The notes: generated from the sequence alone by a model not told the origin. A stretch of 64,000 nucleotides of DNA from Candidatus Lutacidiplasmatales archaeon (GCA_044451945.1 JBIOKR010000006.1:8605-72604), one strand, 5' to 3'; counted from the first letter of the stretch, positions 8,938 through 18,345 are shown. A program made the numbers and translations.

Positions 8938-10575
8938 CTAGCTCGGCGCGTTGTATTCGAAGAGCGAGCGCTGCACCGTCTTGGAAGGGGGCGGGGGAGG
9001 CAAGGTCCCGCGCGCCGCCTCCTCCTCGACCCGCTCGAGCATCTGGTGCATCCGGACCTCTTTTCCCGCCGCCGAGCGGGCCAGGCCCACGTCCCGCGTT
9101 CCCCCGGCGACCAGGACGATCGCGCGACCCAGGCGAGCGCGGCCCGTCCGGCCACGTCGCTGGATGGTCCGGATAAGGTCCGGCACCGGCTCGTAGAATA
9201 GCACAAGGTTCGTGGAGGGGATGTCGAGCCCCTCCTCCGCGACCGAGGTGGCGATGAGGCAGTTGACGCTGCCAGCTCGGAATTGATCCAGGATCGCCAG
9301 CTGCTCCTTCTGGGTCAGCCCCTCGTCCGTTCCGTGCGAGGCCTGCCCGACGAACCGCTCGGCCCGGACCGCCGGGTCGGCGGCCCGGCGCAACTCGGCG
9401 ACCAGGACGTCCGCGGTCTGGCGATACTGGGTGAAGATGATCACGCGCGAATCGGGAGATGAGCGAAGCTCCTTTGTGACGATCTCGACCGCCTTCGCCA
9501 CCTTCGGGTGCTCGATCTGGATCGACGAGAGCGCGACGATCGCCTGAGCCACGTCCGGGTCACCGAGGAAGGCGCGCTGGGCGGGTTTCATCCGGCCCCC
9601 GGGTGATTCCGACTGCTTCGCGAGGAAGCCCCGGAGCGCGTCGACCCCCTGGGTCTCGATGAGCTCGAGGGCGTGGAGTCCTTTCATCGCCACGGACTGA
9701 GCGGTCACCGCCGACCAGAGGGCCGCCCCGCCGTTCTGCCCCTCCCGACGAGCGTTCGATATCTCGAGGCGCAACTGGGCACCCAGCCCCAAGAGCTCCC
9801 TTCGGCCCACCGGCTGTTCGGGGAGCCGATGCATCTTGCGCAGGAGATCCTCCTGACGTGCCACGGTGGTCCTCAGCAGGATCCCGAGGTGCTTCACCTC
9901 CGCCGGTATCGGTACCTCCACGGTCTCGACGCCAACGCCGTGGACGTACGGCATGACATCGGTATCCTGGGCGGTGCGGTATTCGAACCGCTCGATCCCG
10001 AGGTGGTACCATACCTCGCGGATCCTTTCGAGACGCGGGCCGGGGGAGGCCGTCATGGCGAGCACCCGGGCGTGGGCGCCGCGCCGGTTCGCTTCCCCGA
10101 TGGTAACGTACGGATAGTCGCCGGCCGCGCGGTGGGCTTCGTCGAAGATGATGAGCGAGTAGTCCTCGAGACGGAACTCGGCCCGGGCCAGGTCGTTTCC
10201 GACGACTTGGGGAGTCGCCACGACGATCTGAGGAGGAGCGAGGAGCGCGGCGCGACGGTCCGGGGGGATCGTGCCGGTGAGGACCACCGGTGGCGGGGTG
10301 AACAGCGACGCGGCCACGGTTCGGGCGTGTTGGAGAACGAGCGGTCGGGTCGGGGCGAGGAAGAGGATCGAGCGCGTCGGTGCCCTCAGAAGCCACTCGG
10401 CGATGACCCGGAGCGCGATCGCCGTCTTTCCGAGCCCGGTCGGGAGTACGACCAATGTGTTGTGGTCGATCGCCGTTGCCGCAATGCGCTCCTGATAGAG
10501 CCGGTCGTCCAGAACTCCGGGGCGTATCCGCGGGTGCTCGACGACCGCCAAGGGGTACCCGCCCTCCCGGTCCAC
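8938..10575 (-). CDS. hef: Hef/FANCM-type SF2 helicase (helicase part only)
   Basis: 545 aa. YQERIA...LVVLPTGLGKT (motif I), FDEAHRAAGDY (motif II), MTASPG (motif III), QRRGRTGR (motif VI). No ERCC4/XPF nuclease domain follows. GTG start. Confidence 0.8.
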   Translation of the reverse strand: MDREGGYPLAVVEHPRIRPGVLDDRLYQERIAATAIDHNTLVVLPTGLGKTAIALRVIAEWLLRAPTRSILFLAPTRPLVLQHARTVAASLFTPPPVVLTGTIPPDRRAALLAPPQIVVATPQVVGNDLARAEFRLEDYSLIIFDEAHRAAGDYPYVTIGEANRRGAHARVLAMTASPGPRLERIREVWYHLGIERFEYRTAQDTDVMPYVHGVGVETVEVPIPAEVKHLGILLRTTVARQEDLLRKMHRLPEQPVGRRELLGLGAQLRLEISNARREGQNGGAALWSAVTAQSVAMKGLHALELIETQGVDALRGFLAKQSESPGGRMKPAQRAFLGDPDVAQAIVALSSIQIEHPKVAKAVEIVTKELRSSPDSRVIIFTQYRQTADVLVAELRRAADPAVRAERFVGQASHGTDEGLTQKEQLAILDQFRAGSVNCLIATSVAEEGLDIPSTNLVLFYEPVPDLIRTIQRRGRTGRARLGRAIVLVAGGTRDVGLARSAAGKEVRMHQMLERVEEEAARGTLPPPPPSKTVQRSLFEYNAPS

Positions 10576-10612
10576 CGTCGCCGCCTTATTATCGAGTTAC
10601 CCTGCTCGGCCG

Positions 10613-11746
10613 TTGCTCCCGCTCCTTCTCCTCGGGCTGGCCCTGCTCGCGACGGTCGTCGTGCTCCTCTACCAGGGGTTCGCGCTGCTGCTTGCTTCCG
10701 AGATGCCGCGGCTCGACCCGAGCGGGTCGTCGAAACCCGGCGATCGACCGCTCGTGAGCGTGGTGATCGCCGCCCGCGACGAGGAGGCGGATCTTCCGGG
10801 CTGCCTAGATGACCTTCTGCGCCAATCCTACCCCAATCTCGAGATCCTGGTGGTCGACGGGGGGTCGACCGACCGAACGCGAGAGGTCGCACGGGAGAAG
10901 GCGCCGCGCGTGCGGTTGATCGAGGAGCCGGCGCTCCCGGAAGGTTGGGTCGGGAAGAACTGGGCGTGCGATGTCGGCTACCGAGCGAGCCGCGGGGAAT
11001 ACCTACTCTTCCTCGACGCCGATGTCCGCCTGAATCCCTGCACGATTGCCGCGACGGTCGAGTGGACGGAGTCGACCGGCGCACAGCTCTCCACTCTCGC
11101 TCCAAGGATCGAGCTGGGCAGTTTCTGGGAGAAGCTCGTACTCCCCTTCTACGTCCAGATGGTCCTGACGTACTTCCGGACGCCGCACGTCAACCGCGCG
11201 AACTCCCGGGCCGCGATGGCCAACGGCCAGTTCTTCCTTGTTCGGAGGCCGGCGTACGAGCGGGTCGGTGGCCACGCCGGCTTCCGGGGGTATGTGCTCG
11301 AGGACGTACGGATCGCCGAGGAGTTCCGTGGCGCCGACTTGCCAATGCGCGTCGCCTGGGCGCCGGCGCTCATGACCACTCGAATGTACCGGGACCGCCG
11401 CGAGCTGTTCGAGGGCCTTCTCAAGAACGTCCACGGCACCCGGTTCTCCGCACTCCGGCAGGTCGGTTTCCTCGCGGGGCTCATCGGGTTCTTCTGGCTG
11501 CCCCTCGCGCTCCTTCCCCTGGGCCTCTTCGTCGCCTCCCCTTCGTTGATAGCCCTCGGAGCGATCCTGTATCTGGCGTTGTTCGCCAAGCACGCCGGGT
11601 TCTCTCGCGCGGTCGGAGGCTCGGCGGTTTACGGTCTCTTGTTCCCAGCTGCGGTCGGATTCTACGTCGTACTGGTCGCGACCTCGATCGTGCGCGGGCT
11701 CAGGGGCCGCCCCGTCGCGTGGAAGGGTCGGTCATACCCGATCTGA
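10613..11746 (+). CDS. family 2 glycosyltransferase with membrane anchor and C-terminal TM bundle
   Basis: N-terminal TM helix, GT-A core VSVVIAARDEE...LVVDGGSTDRT...FLDADV (DxD), then four or so C-terminal TM helices. TTG start. Confidence 0.8.
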   Translation: MLPLLLLGLALLATVVVLLYQGFALLLASEMPRLDPSGSSKPGDRPLVSVVIAARDEEADLPGCLDDLLRQSYPNLEILVVDGGSTDRTREVAREKAPRVRLIEEPALPEGWVGKNWACDVGYRASRGEYLLFLDADVRLNPCTIAATVEWTESTGAQLSTLAPRIELGSFWEKLVLPFYVQMVLTYFRTPHVNRANSRAAMANGQFFLVRRPAYERVGGHAGFRGYVLEDVRIAEEFRGADLPMRVAWAPALMTTRMYRDRRELFEGLLKNVHGTRFSALRQVGFLAGLIGFFWLPLALLPLGLFVASPSLIALGAILYLALFAKHAGFSRAVGGSAVYGLLFPAAVGFYVVLVATSIVRGLRGRPVAWKGRSYPI

Positions 11747-11872
11747 GCCAGAGTCGCTCGGCGAACGGACAGGAAGGGCACCAACGTCCCCCGTGAACGC
11801 CGAGGGGATGCCCAACGCCCCGCTCTGGGAACGGTTATCCCCGTCCCCCATTCTCGCCGGGAGAGTTCGACC

Positions 11873-13351
11873 ATGGCCGGGCAGGTAGACGCGAAGTTCG
11901 AGCTGTTCATCGGCGGCAAGGAGGTTCCGGGGACCCGGGGAGACCGTCGAACTCTCCTCAATCCGGCGGCGAACACGCCGCTCACCAGCACTGCGGTCGC
12001 CAGCGTCGACGACGCGCGCCACGCGATGGAGACGGCCGAACGGGCGTTCCGGGAGTCGAACTGGACGGCAGATGACGGAGCGCGCCGCGCGAAGGCGCTC
12101 CACAAGCTCTCCGGACTTCTCGAGACCCAGCTCGAGGAGTTCGCCCGTCTCGAGACGCTCAACCAGGGCAAGACGATCAGGGAGGCCCGGGGCGACATCG
12201 GGTTCGTCGTCCGGACCCTCGAGTACGCCTCCGGTCTCGCCGACAAGATCCAGGGGGAGACAATCCCGGTTCCCGGGCCCCGGTTCGACTACACCCTGAG
12301 GGAGCCCCTCGGGGTCACGGTCCATATCTCGCCGTGGAACTACCCGCTCGTCCTCGCGATGCGCTCGGTCGCTCCGGCGCTCGCCGCCGGCAACTCGGTC
12401 GTCCTGAAGCCGGCGAGCCTTACCCCGCTCACCGCACTCAAGCTGGCCCGCTTGGGAAAGGATGCCGGGATCCCGGACGGGATCTTCAACGTCGTCACCG
12501 GGAACGGCTCCGAGGTCGGCGAGGCGCTCGTCACGGACCCGCGTTGCCAGTCTGTCACGTTCACGGGCAGCGGCGAGGTCGGGGCCCGGATCGCCGAGCT
12601 CGCGGCGAAGCGGATCATCCCGTACACGCTGGAACTCGGGGGAAAGAGCCCGGTGATCGTCTTTCCGGACGCCGACCTCGACCGCGCCGCCCGCGGGGTA
12701 GCCTTCGGGATCTTCGGCAACGCCGGGCAGATGTGCTGGGCCGGTTCCCGCCTGCTGCTCGCCAACTCGATCGCCGACGACTTCTTGGGGAAGTTGCGAA
12801 CGATCGCCGAGGCGTACCGCCTCGGGCCCGGTATCGAGGAGACCGCCGAGATGGGCCCCCTGGTATCGAAGGAGCAGAGCGAGAGGGTCCTCGGTTTCGT
12901 CGACGAGGCCCGGGGCGACGGAGCGAAGGTCGTCACGGGCGGCGGAAAGGCCGAGGAGGAGCCGCTCCGCGCCGGGAACTTCGTGCGGCCGACGGTGCTG
13001 GCCGAACTTCCCGAGACCGCGCGAGTCCTCCGGGACGAAGTGTTCGGGCCGGTGCTCGTGGTCCAACGGTTCAACACGCCGGACGAGGCCGTGGCCTCGG
13101 CGAACCGGACTCACTTCGGGCTGTTCTCCGCCCTGTGGACGAAGGATCTCGTCACGGCGCATTCGGTCGCCCGACGATTGGAGTCCGGACTCGTCGCCAT
13201 CAACGACCCGCCGAACTCGTTCCCCCAGACCCCCTTCGGAGGGTTCAAGGGGAGCGGGGTCGGTTTCGAGCAGGGGATCGACGCGGTCCAGTCGTTCACG
13301 CGTCGAAAGAACGTGATGATCAACCTCTCCGTCAGCAAGCCCAAGAAGTAG
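11873..13351 (+). CDS. NAD(P)+-dependent aldehyde dehydrogenase
   Basis: 492 aa. ALDH motifs ISPWNYPL, FTGSGEVG, LELGGKSP (catalytic Glu) and FGNAGQMCWAGSR (catalytic Cys). Confidence 0.9.
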   Translation: MAGQVDAKFELFIGGKEVPGTRGDRRTLLNPAANTPLTSTAVASVDDARHAMETAERAFRESNWTADDGARRAKALHKLSGLLETQLEEFARLETLNQGKTIREARGDIGFVVRTLEYASGLADKIQGETIPVPGPRFDYTLREPLGVTVHISPWNYPLVLAMRSVAPALAAGNSVVLKPASLTPLTALKLARLGKDAGIPDGIFNVVTGNGSEVGEALVTDPRCQSVTFTGSGEVGARIAELAAKRIIPYTLELGGKSPVIVFPDADLDRAARGVAFGIFGNAGQMCWAGSRLLLANSIADDFLGKLRTIAEAYRLGPGIEETAEMGPLVSKEQSERVLGFVDEARGDGAKVVTGGGKAEEEPLRAGNFVRPTVLAELPETARVLRDEVFGPVLVVQRFNTPDEAVASANRTHFGLFSALWTKDLVTAHSVARRLESGLVAINDPPNSFPQTPFGGFKGSGVGFEQGIDAVQSFTRRKNVMINLSVSKPKK

Positions 13352-13508
13352 AGGGCCCGGGGCTTCGGCGGACGACGGCCGCCGCCCTCTGCCTCCTCAG
13401 ATCTCTGGCTCCCATCGTCACGGGTCATTGGCCCGGCCGACGACGGCTCCCGAGAGCTCCCGGGGTTAGTACGCTCAGCGGAAAACCCCCGCGTCGCCTC
13501 GGCGATCG

Positions 13509-14129
13509 TTGCCCGCCGGTAGACCCGAAATCACGGAGAAGCCTTGGGTCACCTGCACCCTTTGCGGCGACGCCGTACCGCCCGGCGGGGTCCCTTGCCC
13601 GACGTGCGGTCAGTCGAGCCCCGCCGACCCGATGCTGGCTCCCCCGCTCCCGCGCGCCAAGGCGCGCCGACTGAAGTTCATCCAGTTCGCCCGCTCCTTC
13701 GTCATCGTCGTGGCGGTCGTCGGGATCGCTTACGCCCTCATTTCGGCCGTGATCACCGGACCCCCGACGTTCTCGGACCCGCTGACGGGCCACGGCACCT
13801 ACACGATCGCCCCGGGGAACTTCACGTACCTCACCGGCGACATCACCGGCGAGGACTACGTCGAGGGGAACTACACCGTGATGACGCCGCCGGGGGCGCA
13901 GGTCGTCTTCTCGGTGCTCAACCAGAGCGAGTTCATCGCCTACGCGCACCACAAACCGTACCAGTCGCTCTGGTCGGTCTCGGGCCAATCGGCGGGGCGG
14001 ATCGTCTTCGCGGCTCCGTACACGGGCACCTTTTACCTGGTGTTCCAGAACCCGTACCCCGCCGCCTCCGGGCTCGGGGTCGATCTATACATCGTGACCG
14101 AGTATCAGTCGAACGTGGTCATCGGCTGA
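13509..14129 (+). CDS. zinc-ribbon membrane protein with extracytoplasmic beta-sandwich-like domain
   Basis: 206 aa. CTLCG...CPTCG zinc ribbon, one TM (FVIVVAVVGIAYALISAVI), then a strand-rich domain ending GTFYLVFQNPYPAASGLGVDLYIV. TTG start. Confidence 0.65.
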   Translation: MPAGRPEITEKPWVTCTLCGDAVPPGGVPCPTCGQSSPADPMLAPPLPRAKARRLKFIQFARSFVIVVAVVGIAYALISAVITGPPTFSDPLTGHGTYTIAPGNFTYLTGDITGEDYVEGNYTVMTPPGAQVVFSVLNQSEFIAYAHHKPYQSLWSVSGQSAGRIVFAAPYTGTFYLVFQNPYPAASGLGVDLYIVTEYQSNVVIG

Positions 14130-14150
14130 GCGCCGAGCCCCGAAGAATAC

Positions 14151-14834
14151 TCAAGCGGCCGGTTTCGCCGAGTCCGGGCGGCGGGTCAGGAACGTCGCCG
14201 GGACCTGGTCGACGAGAAAGACGGTCTTTCCCGCCTGCATGATCACGATCCCCTCGGAGCGCGCCCGCTTCGCATCGACCTGGAGGATCACGGGCTCCGG
14301 AGCCCGCACGGCACCGGCGGCCCGGGCGTCCTCGGCGGTCCGCGAGAGGTGCACCTTTCGGCGGTCGGACGGCTTGAGGCCGACCTCGAGGACGATCGAC
14401 GCCTCCTCGGGGGTGACCGGGAAGAACAGCTCGTCCGGGATGTTGTCGGTCGGAAGGTCGAGGTCGACCTCGACGGTGTGCGCGTAGGTGGCGCGGATCC
14501 GGTCGTCCTTCACCTCGTAGCGGCCCTTCGCGTCGCTCTCGGCGATGGCGACCAGGTGGTGGACCCTCAGCCAGTGGTAGCCTCTGTGGTGTCCCGCGAT
14601 CGCCTTGACGAGGGCGGGCAGCTCCACCCATCCGCGGGGGTCGACGGCGAGGCCGTACTTCTCCGGGAAGTGTCGAAGGATGCCGGTCATCACCCGACCC
14701 AGGTGGTCGAGCTCGCGTTCGTTGATCAGGAAGCGACCGGGTTGGCCGCAGACCGGGCAGATCTCCGCCCGAAAGTAGCCATGCTGAGCGCACTCCTTGA
14801 GCATGACGCCGTTGCCGCCGCCGCTCGCGCTCAC
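14151..14834 (-). CDS. kptA: RNA 2'-phosphotransferase (Tpt1/KptA) with N-terminal Zn-ribbon-like extension
   Basis: ILRHFPEKYGLAVDPRGWVELPALV, the HHLV and VHLSRT motifs are typical of Tpt1. N-terminal CAQH...CPVCG. The GTG start overlaps the rpoL stop (GTGA). Confidence 0.85.
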   Translation of the reverse strand: MSASGGGNGVMLKECAQHGYFRAEICPVCGQPGRFLINERELDHLGRVMTGILRHFPEKYGLAVDPRGWVELPALVKAIAGHHRGYHWLRVHHLVAIAESDAKGRYEVKDDRIRATYAHTVEVDLDLPTDNIPDELFFPVTPEEASIVLEVGLKPSDRRKVHLSRTAEDARAAGAVRAPEPVILQVDAKRARSEGIVIMQAGKTVFLVDQVPATFLTRRPDSAKPAA

Positions 14835-15154
14835 GTCTTGGTCTTTTCCGCCTTCTTGTCGAACTCGGCGAGCATGTCCCCGTAGAGGTCCGATAGGTCC
14901 TTGAGAACCCGCTTGAGCACCTGCTGAGGCTTCTCTCCCTTCGTCTTGAGATAAAGGGTGGGACGGTCCAGGAACGGGTGACCAAGGTAGTAGCGTGCTT
15001 CGACGACCTTCTCTTCCGCCTGGAGGGTCTCGACGAGGGGAATCAGGAGGGTCTCCTCGCCCCTCGGGATCTCGATACGGAGCGAATCGTGCTCCTTCTC
15101 AACGACGCGGACCTCCACAGGCGCGACCCCTCTGAGCCGGCCACCGTGGTTCAC
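14831..15154 (-). CDS. rpoL: DNA-directed RNA polymerase subunit L (Rpo11)
   Basis: VEVRVVEKEHDSLRIEIPRGEETLLIPLVETLQ...ARYYLGHPFLDRPTLYLKT matches the Rpo11/RpoL fold signature. The true start may lie a few codons inside. Confidence 0.85.
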   Translation of the reverse strand: MNHGGRLRGVAPVEVRVVEKEHDSLRIEIPRGEETLLIPLVETLQAEEKVVEARYYLGHPFLDRPTLYLKTKGEKPQQVLKRVLKDLSDLYGDMLAEFDKKAEKTKT

Positions 15155-15226
15155 TTCTTAAGCGTGGCGGGGCAGAGCACTCTCGCTCCCCCGTCGGCCG
15201 AGGAATCTCGGCGTCTGCTCGACAGG

Positions 15227-15237
15227 CCTATATCTTT
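15227..15237 (+). promoter_or_regulatory. TATA-box-like element (CCTATATCTTT) upstream of purD
   Basis: AT-rich box centred about 33 nt upstream of the purD ATG (15265). Confidence 0.3.
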
Positions 15238-15264
15238 CGCCCCGTCGCTGGCGCCGGACCAACG

Positions 15265-16671
15265 ATGCGGGTTCTCCTGGTCGGCGGCGGGTCGCGCGAG
15301 CACGCTATCGGCTCCGTGCTCCACCGCGCCGAGGCGAAGCTGCTCGTCGCCTCGAAGAACGCGAACCCGGGCCTGGAGAAGCTCGCCACGGCTTCGCGCC
15401 GGCTCGACCCCACCGACGCCGTCGGCATCTCGAACTGGGCGAAGGCCGAGCGGGCCGACTACGCCGTGATCGGCCCGGAGGCGGCGCTTTCGGCCGGCGT
15501 CGCCGATGCCCTCGAGGGTGTTCAGGTCCCGTGTGCGGGACCGACGAAGGCGGCCGCTCAGGTCGAGACGTCCAAGCGGTTCTGCCGAGAGCTCCTCCAG
15601 AGGAACGGGATCACCGAGACCCCGCGATTCGTCTTCGCCCAGTCGCAGAGCCAGGTCGACGACGCGGTGAAGGGCTTCTCCACGCCGTTCGTCGTGAAGC
15701 CGGCCGGTCTCACCGCGGGCAAAGGCGTCTGGGTGCAGGGCGTCGATTTCGAAACGGCCGAGGACGGGGCGAAGTACGCCAAGCAGTTCCTCACCGGAGC
15801 CGGCGGGGTCGTCTTCGAGGAGAAGGTGGAAGGAGAGGAGTTCAGCCAGATGGCGTTCGTCACCGACTCCGGCGTCTACCCGATGCCGGCGGTCCAGGAC
15901 TACAAGCGGGCGGGCGAGGGGGACACGGGTGCGAACACCGGCGGGATGGGCTCGTACTCCCAGCGCGACCACCTCCTCCCGTTCCTTCCGAATTCGGCCC
16001 GTGAGAAGGCGGTCGACATCCTTCGACGGTCGGTCGCGGCGCTCCGCAGGGAGGGCCTGAGGTACCGGGGCGTCCTCTACGGCGGCTTCATGCAGACCGC
16101 CGTCGGCCCGACGCTCCTCGAGTTCAACGCGCGCTTCGGGGATCCCGAAGGGATCAACGCGATGACCCTCTACGAGGATGGCGACATGGACGAGCTCCTC
16201 TTTGGCGTCGCGACGGGGCGCGTCGACCCGAACCTTGTTCAGTTCCGCCTGCGCTCGACCGTGGTAAAGTACCTCGTTCCCCCCGGTTACCCCGGTAGCC
16301 CGAAGGCCGGGGGCCAATTGCAGGTCGACGAACCGGCGATCGAGGCGCTCGGCGTCCACGTCTACTTCGGGAGCGTCGACACCGCAGGGCCCGGCCGCAT
16401 GACGCTCTCGACATCGCGCAGCATCGCGCTCGCCGGTGAGGCGAGCGCCATCTGGGAGGCCGGGGAGCGCGTCGAGTCCGCACTGGCCCACGTCAAGGGC
16501 GACTACCAGGTCCGCCACGACATCGCGACGAAATCCGACCTATCGAAGCGCTGGGAGCACATGCGCAAATTGATCGCTCCCCAGGCGAAATCGTCCCCGC
16601 TCCCGCTGAGCGTCGCCGCGGCCGATGCGCCCGCCTCGAGCCTCGGGGATGCGTCGCAGGTCATCGGCTGA
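15265..16671 (+). CDS. purD: phosphoribosylamine-glycine ligase
   Basis: 468 aa. MRVLLVGGGSREHAI N-terminus, ATP-grasp core (VVKPAGLTAGKGV, GGMGSY, FNARFGDPE). Confidence 0.92.
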   Translation: MRVLLVGGGSREHAIGSVLHRAEAKLLVASKNANPGLEKLATASRRLDPTDAVGISNWAKAERADYAVIGPEAALSAGVADALEGVQVPCAGPTKAAAQVETSKRFCRELLQRNGITETPRFVFAQSQSQVDDAVKGFSTPFVVKPAGLTAGKGVWVQGVDFETAEDGAKYAKQFLTGAGGVVFEEKVEGEEFSQMAFVTDSGVYPMPAVQDYKRAGEGDTGANTGGMGSYSQRDHLLPFLPNSAREKAVDILRRSVAALRREGLRYRGVLYGGFMQTAVGPTLLEFNARFGDPEGINAMTLYEDGDMDELLFGVATGRVDPNLVQFRLRSTVVKYLVPPGYPGSPKAGGQLQVDEPAIEALGVHVYFGSVDTAGPGRMTLSTSRSIALAGEASAIWEAGERVESALAHVKGDYQVRHDIATKSDLSKRWEHMRKLIAPQAKSSPLPLSVAAADAPASSLGDASQVIG

Positions 16672-16692
16672 GCGTCCCGTTCAGCGCCCGAA

Positions 16693-16703
16693 TTCTTAAT
16701 AAT
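16693..16703 (+). promoter_or_regulatory. TATA-box-like element (TTCTTAATAAT) upstream of tfs
   Basis: AT-rich box centred about 29 nt upstream of the tfs ATG (16727). No room for a Shine-Dalgarno leader. Confidence 0.4.
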
Positions 16704-16726
16704 CCACTCCGAGTCGGCGGCGGGTC

Positions 16727-17038
16727 ATGTTCTGCCCAAAGTGTAAGCGCCTCATGCGGCCGGACAAGGCCAAGGGCGTCTGGCTGTGCGGCTCGTGCGG
16801 CACGAAGCTGCCGCTCGGGAGCGCGCACGAGGTGGGCCGCTCCGAGGCGAGCGGCCGCTCCATGGCGATCGTCGAAGGCGACCGAGCCGCCACGCTGCCC
16901 ACCGCGGAGGAGGAGTGCCCGAAGTGCGGCAACTCGAAGGCCTACTGGGTGCTTCGGCAGACGCGCGGGGCCGACGAACCCGAGACCCGCATCTTCGAAT
17001 GTACGAAGTGCGGCCACAAGTGGCGCGAGTACCAGTGA
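16727..17038 (+). CDS. tfs: transcription factor S (TFS, RpoM-like)
   Basis: 103 aa. Two zinc ribbons (CPKC..CGSCG and CPKCG..CTKCG) and the acidic hairpin motif QTRGADEPETRIFEC. Confidence 0.9.
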   Translation: MFCPKCKRLMRPDKAKGVWLCGSCGTKLPLGSAHEVGRSEASGRSMAIVEGDRAATLPTAEEECPKCGNSKAYWVLRQTRGADEPETRIFECTKCGHKWREYQ

Positions 17039-18345
17039 CCGCCGGCGCCGATAGCTTCCAGACGGTCCGGGACGCGCTCGCCGAAGGAGCCGTCGGGAGT
17101 GCGCTCAAACTGCGCGGCTGGGTCCAGAAATCCCGGTCTTCCGGGGGGATCCTCTTCCTCCAGCTGCGCGATCGCACGGGAACGATCCAGGTGACGGCGC
17201 GCCGCAACGAGATCGGCGAGGAGAAGTTCGCCTCCGCCGAGCACGTCCAGGTCGAGGGGGCGGTCATGATCGAAGGGACGGTCGTCGCCGACCCACGCTC
17301 CAAGAGCGGGCGCGAGGTGCGGGCGAGATCGCTCGATGTCGTCCACGCCGGAGACCCGTTCCCGATCTTCTTGGAGCAGACCGAAGAGTTCCGCCTCGAC
17401 AAGCGGCATCTCGTGATCCGCTCCCCGGAGCACGTCACGACCTTCCGGATCAAGGCGGCGCTGCTCCGGGAGCTGAGGGCCTTCCTCGACGCGGAGGACG
17501 TTCTCGAGATGACGCCCGCGATCCTCACGGGAAACCCCGCCGAGGGGGGCGCCGAGGCGTTCCAGATCGACTACTTCGGGCGGCCGGGGTATCTCTCGCA
17601 GTCGGCCCAGATGTACCTGGAGGCACTCCTCTTCCCGAGCGAGCGCGTCTACGCGATCACCCCGTCGTTCCGCGCGGAGAAGTCGAGGACCCCTAGGCAT
17701 CTCACCGAGTACCAGCATCTCGAGGTGGAGCTCGCCTGGTGCTCGCTCGAGCAGCTGATGGGGTTCATCGAGCGGATGATGGTGACCGTCCTGCACCGCC
17801 TGGCCACGACGCTCCCCAAGGAGCTCGCCTCGCTGGGCCGACCGCCCGACGAGCTCCTCGCCATTCAGGCGCCGTTCCCCCGCATCACGTACGTCGAGGC
17901 GATCGATCGCCTCTCGAAAGCCGGCTTCCCCGTGCACTTCGGCAGCGACCTCGGCACCGCCGAGGAACGCGCCCTCACGCTCGAGGAGAAGAGCCCGATC
18001 TTCGTCACGCACTTTCCCGCCGAGCTCAAGGCGTTCTACATGCTGAAAAGCCCCGGCGACCCGCGCACCGTCGAGGCGGCGGACCTTCTCGGTCCGGAAG
18101 GGTACGGGGAAATCATCGGCGCGAGCGCCCGCGAGACCGACGTCGCCCGGCTCATCGAGCGGCTGAAGGCGATCGGAGCGCCGGTCGAGGAGTACGAGTG
18201 GTACCTCGATCTTCGGCGGCACGGGAGCGTTCCGCACGCCGGTTTCGGTCTCGGTATCGAGCGCGTCGTGCGTTGGATGCTGCGTAGAGAGCACATCCGA
18301 GAGACGACCCCGTTCCCCCGGACCCCCTCGCGGCACACTCCCTGA
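17035..18345 (+). CDS. asnS: asparaginyl-tRNA synthetase
   Basis: Class IIb aaRS. OB-fold N-terminus (LRGWVQKSRSSGGILFLQLRDRTG), motif 2 FRAEKSRTPRHLTEY, motif 3 GFGLGIERVVRWM, and the C-terminal FPRTP typical of AsnRS rather than AspRS. GTG 17035 overlaps the tfs stop (GTGA). The tracked N-terminal extension lies inside tfs. Confidence 0.85.
   Translation: MTAGADSFQTVRDALAEGAVGSALKLRGWVQKSRSSGGILFLQLRDRTGTIQVTARRNEIGEEKFASAEHVQVEGAVMIEGTVVADPRSKSGREVRARSLDVVHAGDPFPIFLEQTEEFRLDKRHLVIRSPEHVTTFRIKAALLRELRAFLDAEDVLEMTPAILTGNPAEGGAEAFQIDYFGRPGYLSQSAQMYLEALLFPSERVYAITPSFRAEKSRTPRHLTEYQHLEVELAWCSLEQLMGFIERMMVTVLHRLATTLPKELASLGRPPDELLAIQAPFPRITYVEAIDRLSKAGFPVHFGSDLGTAEERALTLEEKSPIFVTHFPAELKAFYMLKSPGDPRTVEAADLLGPEGYGEIIGASARETDVARLIERLKAIGAPVEEYEWYLDLRRHGSVPHAGFGLGIERVVRWMLRREHIRETTPFPRTPSRHTP

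Noticed and set aside
9673-10812. 379-aa ORF antisense to hef. Similar antisense ORFs: 11732-13162 (ALDH), 15151-16518 (purD), 16942-18384 (asnS), 32381-33664 (aminotransferase), 39013-40437 (proS), 42384-43637 (gdhA), 12334-13674
   Set aside because: All mirror genes with strong family motifs, and all have the R/G/P/D-rich composition typical of GC-driven spurious frames.
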